A stretch of 32,000 nucleotides of DNA from positions 3,150,001 through 3,182,000 of the forward strand of contig CP001848.1 of NCBI GenBank assembly GCA_000025185.1, read 5' to 3'. This stretch comes from Pirellula staleyi DSM 6068. Lineage in GTDB: Bacteria; Planctomycetota; Planctomycetia; Pirellulales; Pirellulaceae. Below the pieces are notes generated by a model that searched no databases, had not been told where the DNA came from, and saw only the letters and a program-made list of their open reading frames with translations. The position numbers and the translations under genes are program-made. Every line of letters starts with the position of its first letter. The stretch's first letter is position 1. Below are positions 31,714 through 32,000 of this stretch, piece after piece.

Positions 31714-32000
31714 TTTCGGGGCATTGCACGTAGGCCCTGTCGCTGCATCTTGTTGTAAGCGAGAGGGTTAGCGTATTCGTTCGTATGCGTTCCCAGAGGC
31801 TTGCCTACCAATCTGCCAGTTCAGCACCCCTCGATTGCTGCTGGCCTTCGGTTATTGTTCGCCCACCTGTTTTTTAAAAAAAACGTGCACCGTCCGTGAA
31901 CTCACAAGCCCATTTGCGGGTCTCTTGGTCGGATGGAAGAGAAGATCGTCGATGCAGGCTGTACTGCATCCCCTTGACGATCAGAACATCTCTGTCGTAT

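Overview
This is a 32-kb chromosomal-looking stretch from a moderately GC-rich bacterium. About 30 protein-coding genes can be supported, nearly all with recognisable housekeeping or envelope functions. I saw no rRNA, tRNA, CRISPR array, prophage or intact mobile element. The gene content suggests Planctomycetota (Pirellulales-like), which is inference and not a database result. It includes a Tat-signal Gfo/Idh/MocA oxidoreductase, DUF1080, a PQQ-like beta-propeller, a secreted HEAT/jelly-roll protein, an HDOD protein and a 782-aa Pro-rich single-pass membrane protein. Long ORF-free spacers and many long antisense shadow ORFs fit the same picture. Layout, left to right: bases 1-4505 carry a VOC fragment, a TPR protein, a PlsC-type acyltransferase, cdsA and a small membrane ORF on the + strand, interrupted by one minus-strand WecB/TagA glycosyltransferase. 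Bases 4536-15431 form a minus-strand array of Gfo/Idh/MocA, ettA, aroA, beta-propeller, HEAT protein, DUF1080, RluA-family synthase, SGNH esterase and HDOD. Bases 15868-23735 form a + strand block of a membrane ORF, the giant membrane protein, hpf, ptsN, HPr, RNase G and rplU. Bases 23897-30730 form a minus-strand block of a sigma-54 response regulator, a sensor kinase, nuoD, nuoC, nuoA, DUF2203 and nuoI, followed by csrA on the + strand. I did not find a clear-cut novel multi-gene system; there are no defence-island, secretion or biosynthetic hallmarks. The most unusual item is a scrambled, partial complex-I cluster (nuoI-DUF2203-nuoA-nuoC-nuoD) with no nuoB, a function-unknown gene embedded in it, and a roughly 70-aa insertion in NuoA. 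Other oddities are the orphan anti-sigma-like or FecR-like giant membrane protein, an rpoN-less hpf-ptsN-HPr remnant with long ORF-free spacers and a short direct repeat, and several strong stem-loops and palindromes at gene starts. All functional calls rest on motifs I recognise by eye, because no searches were run.
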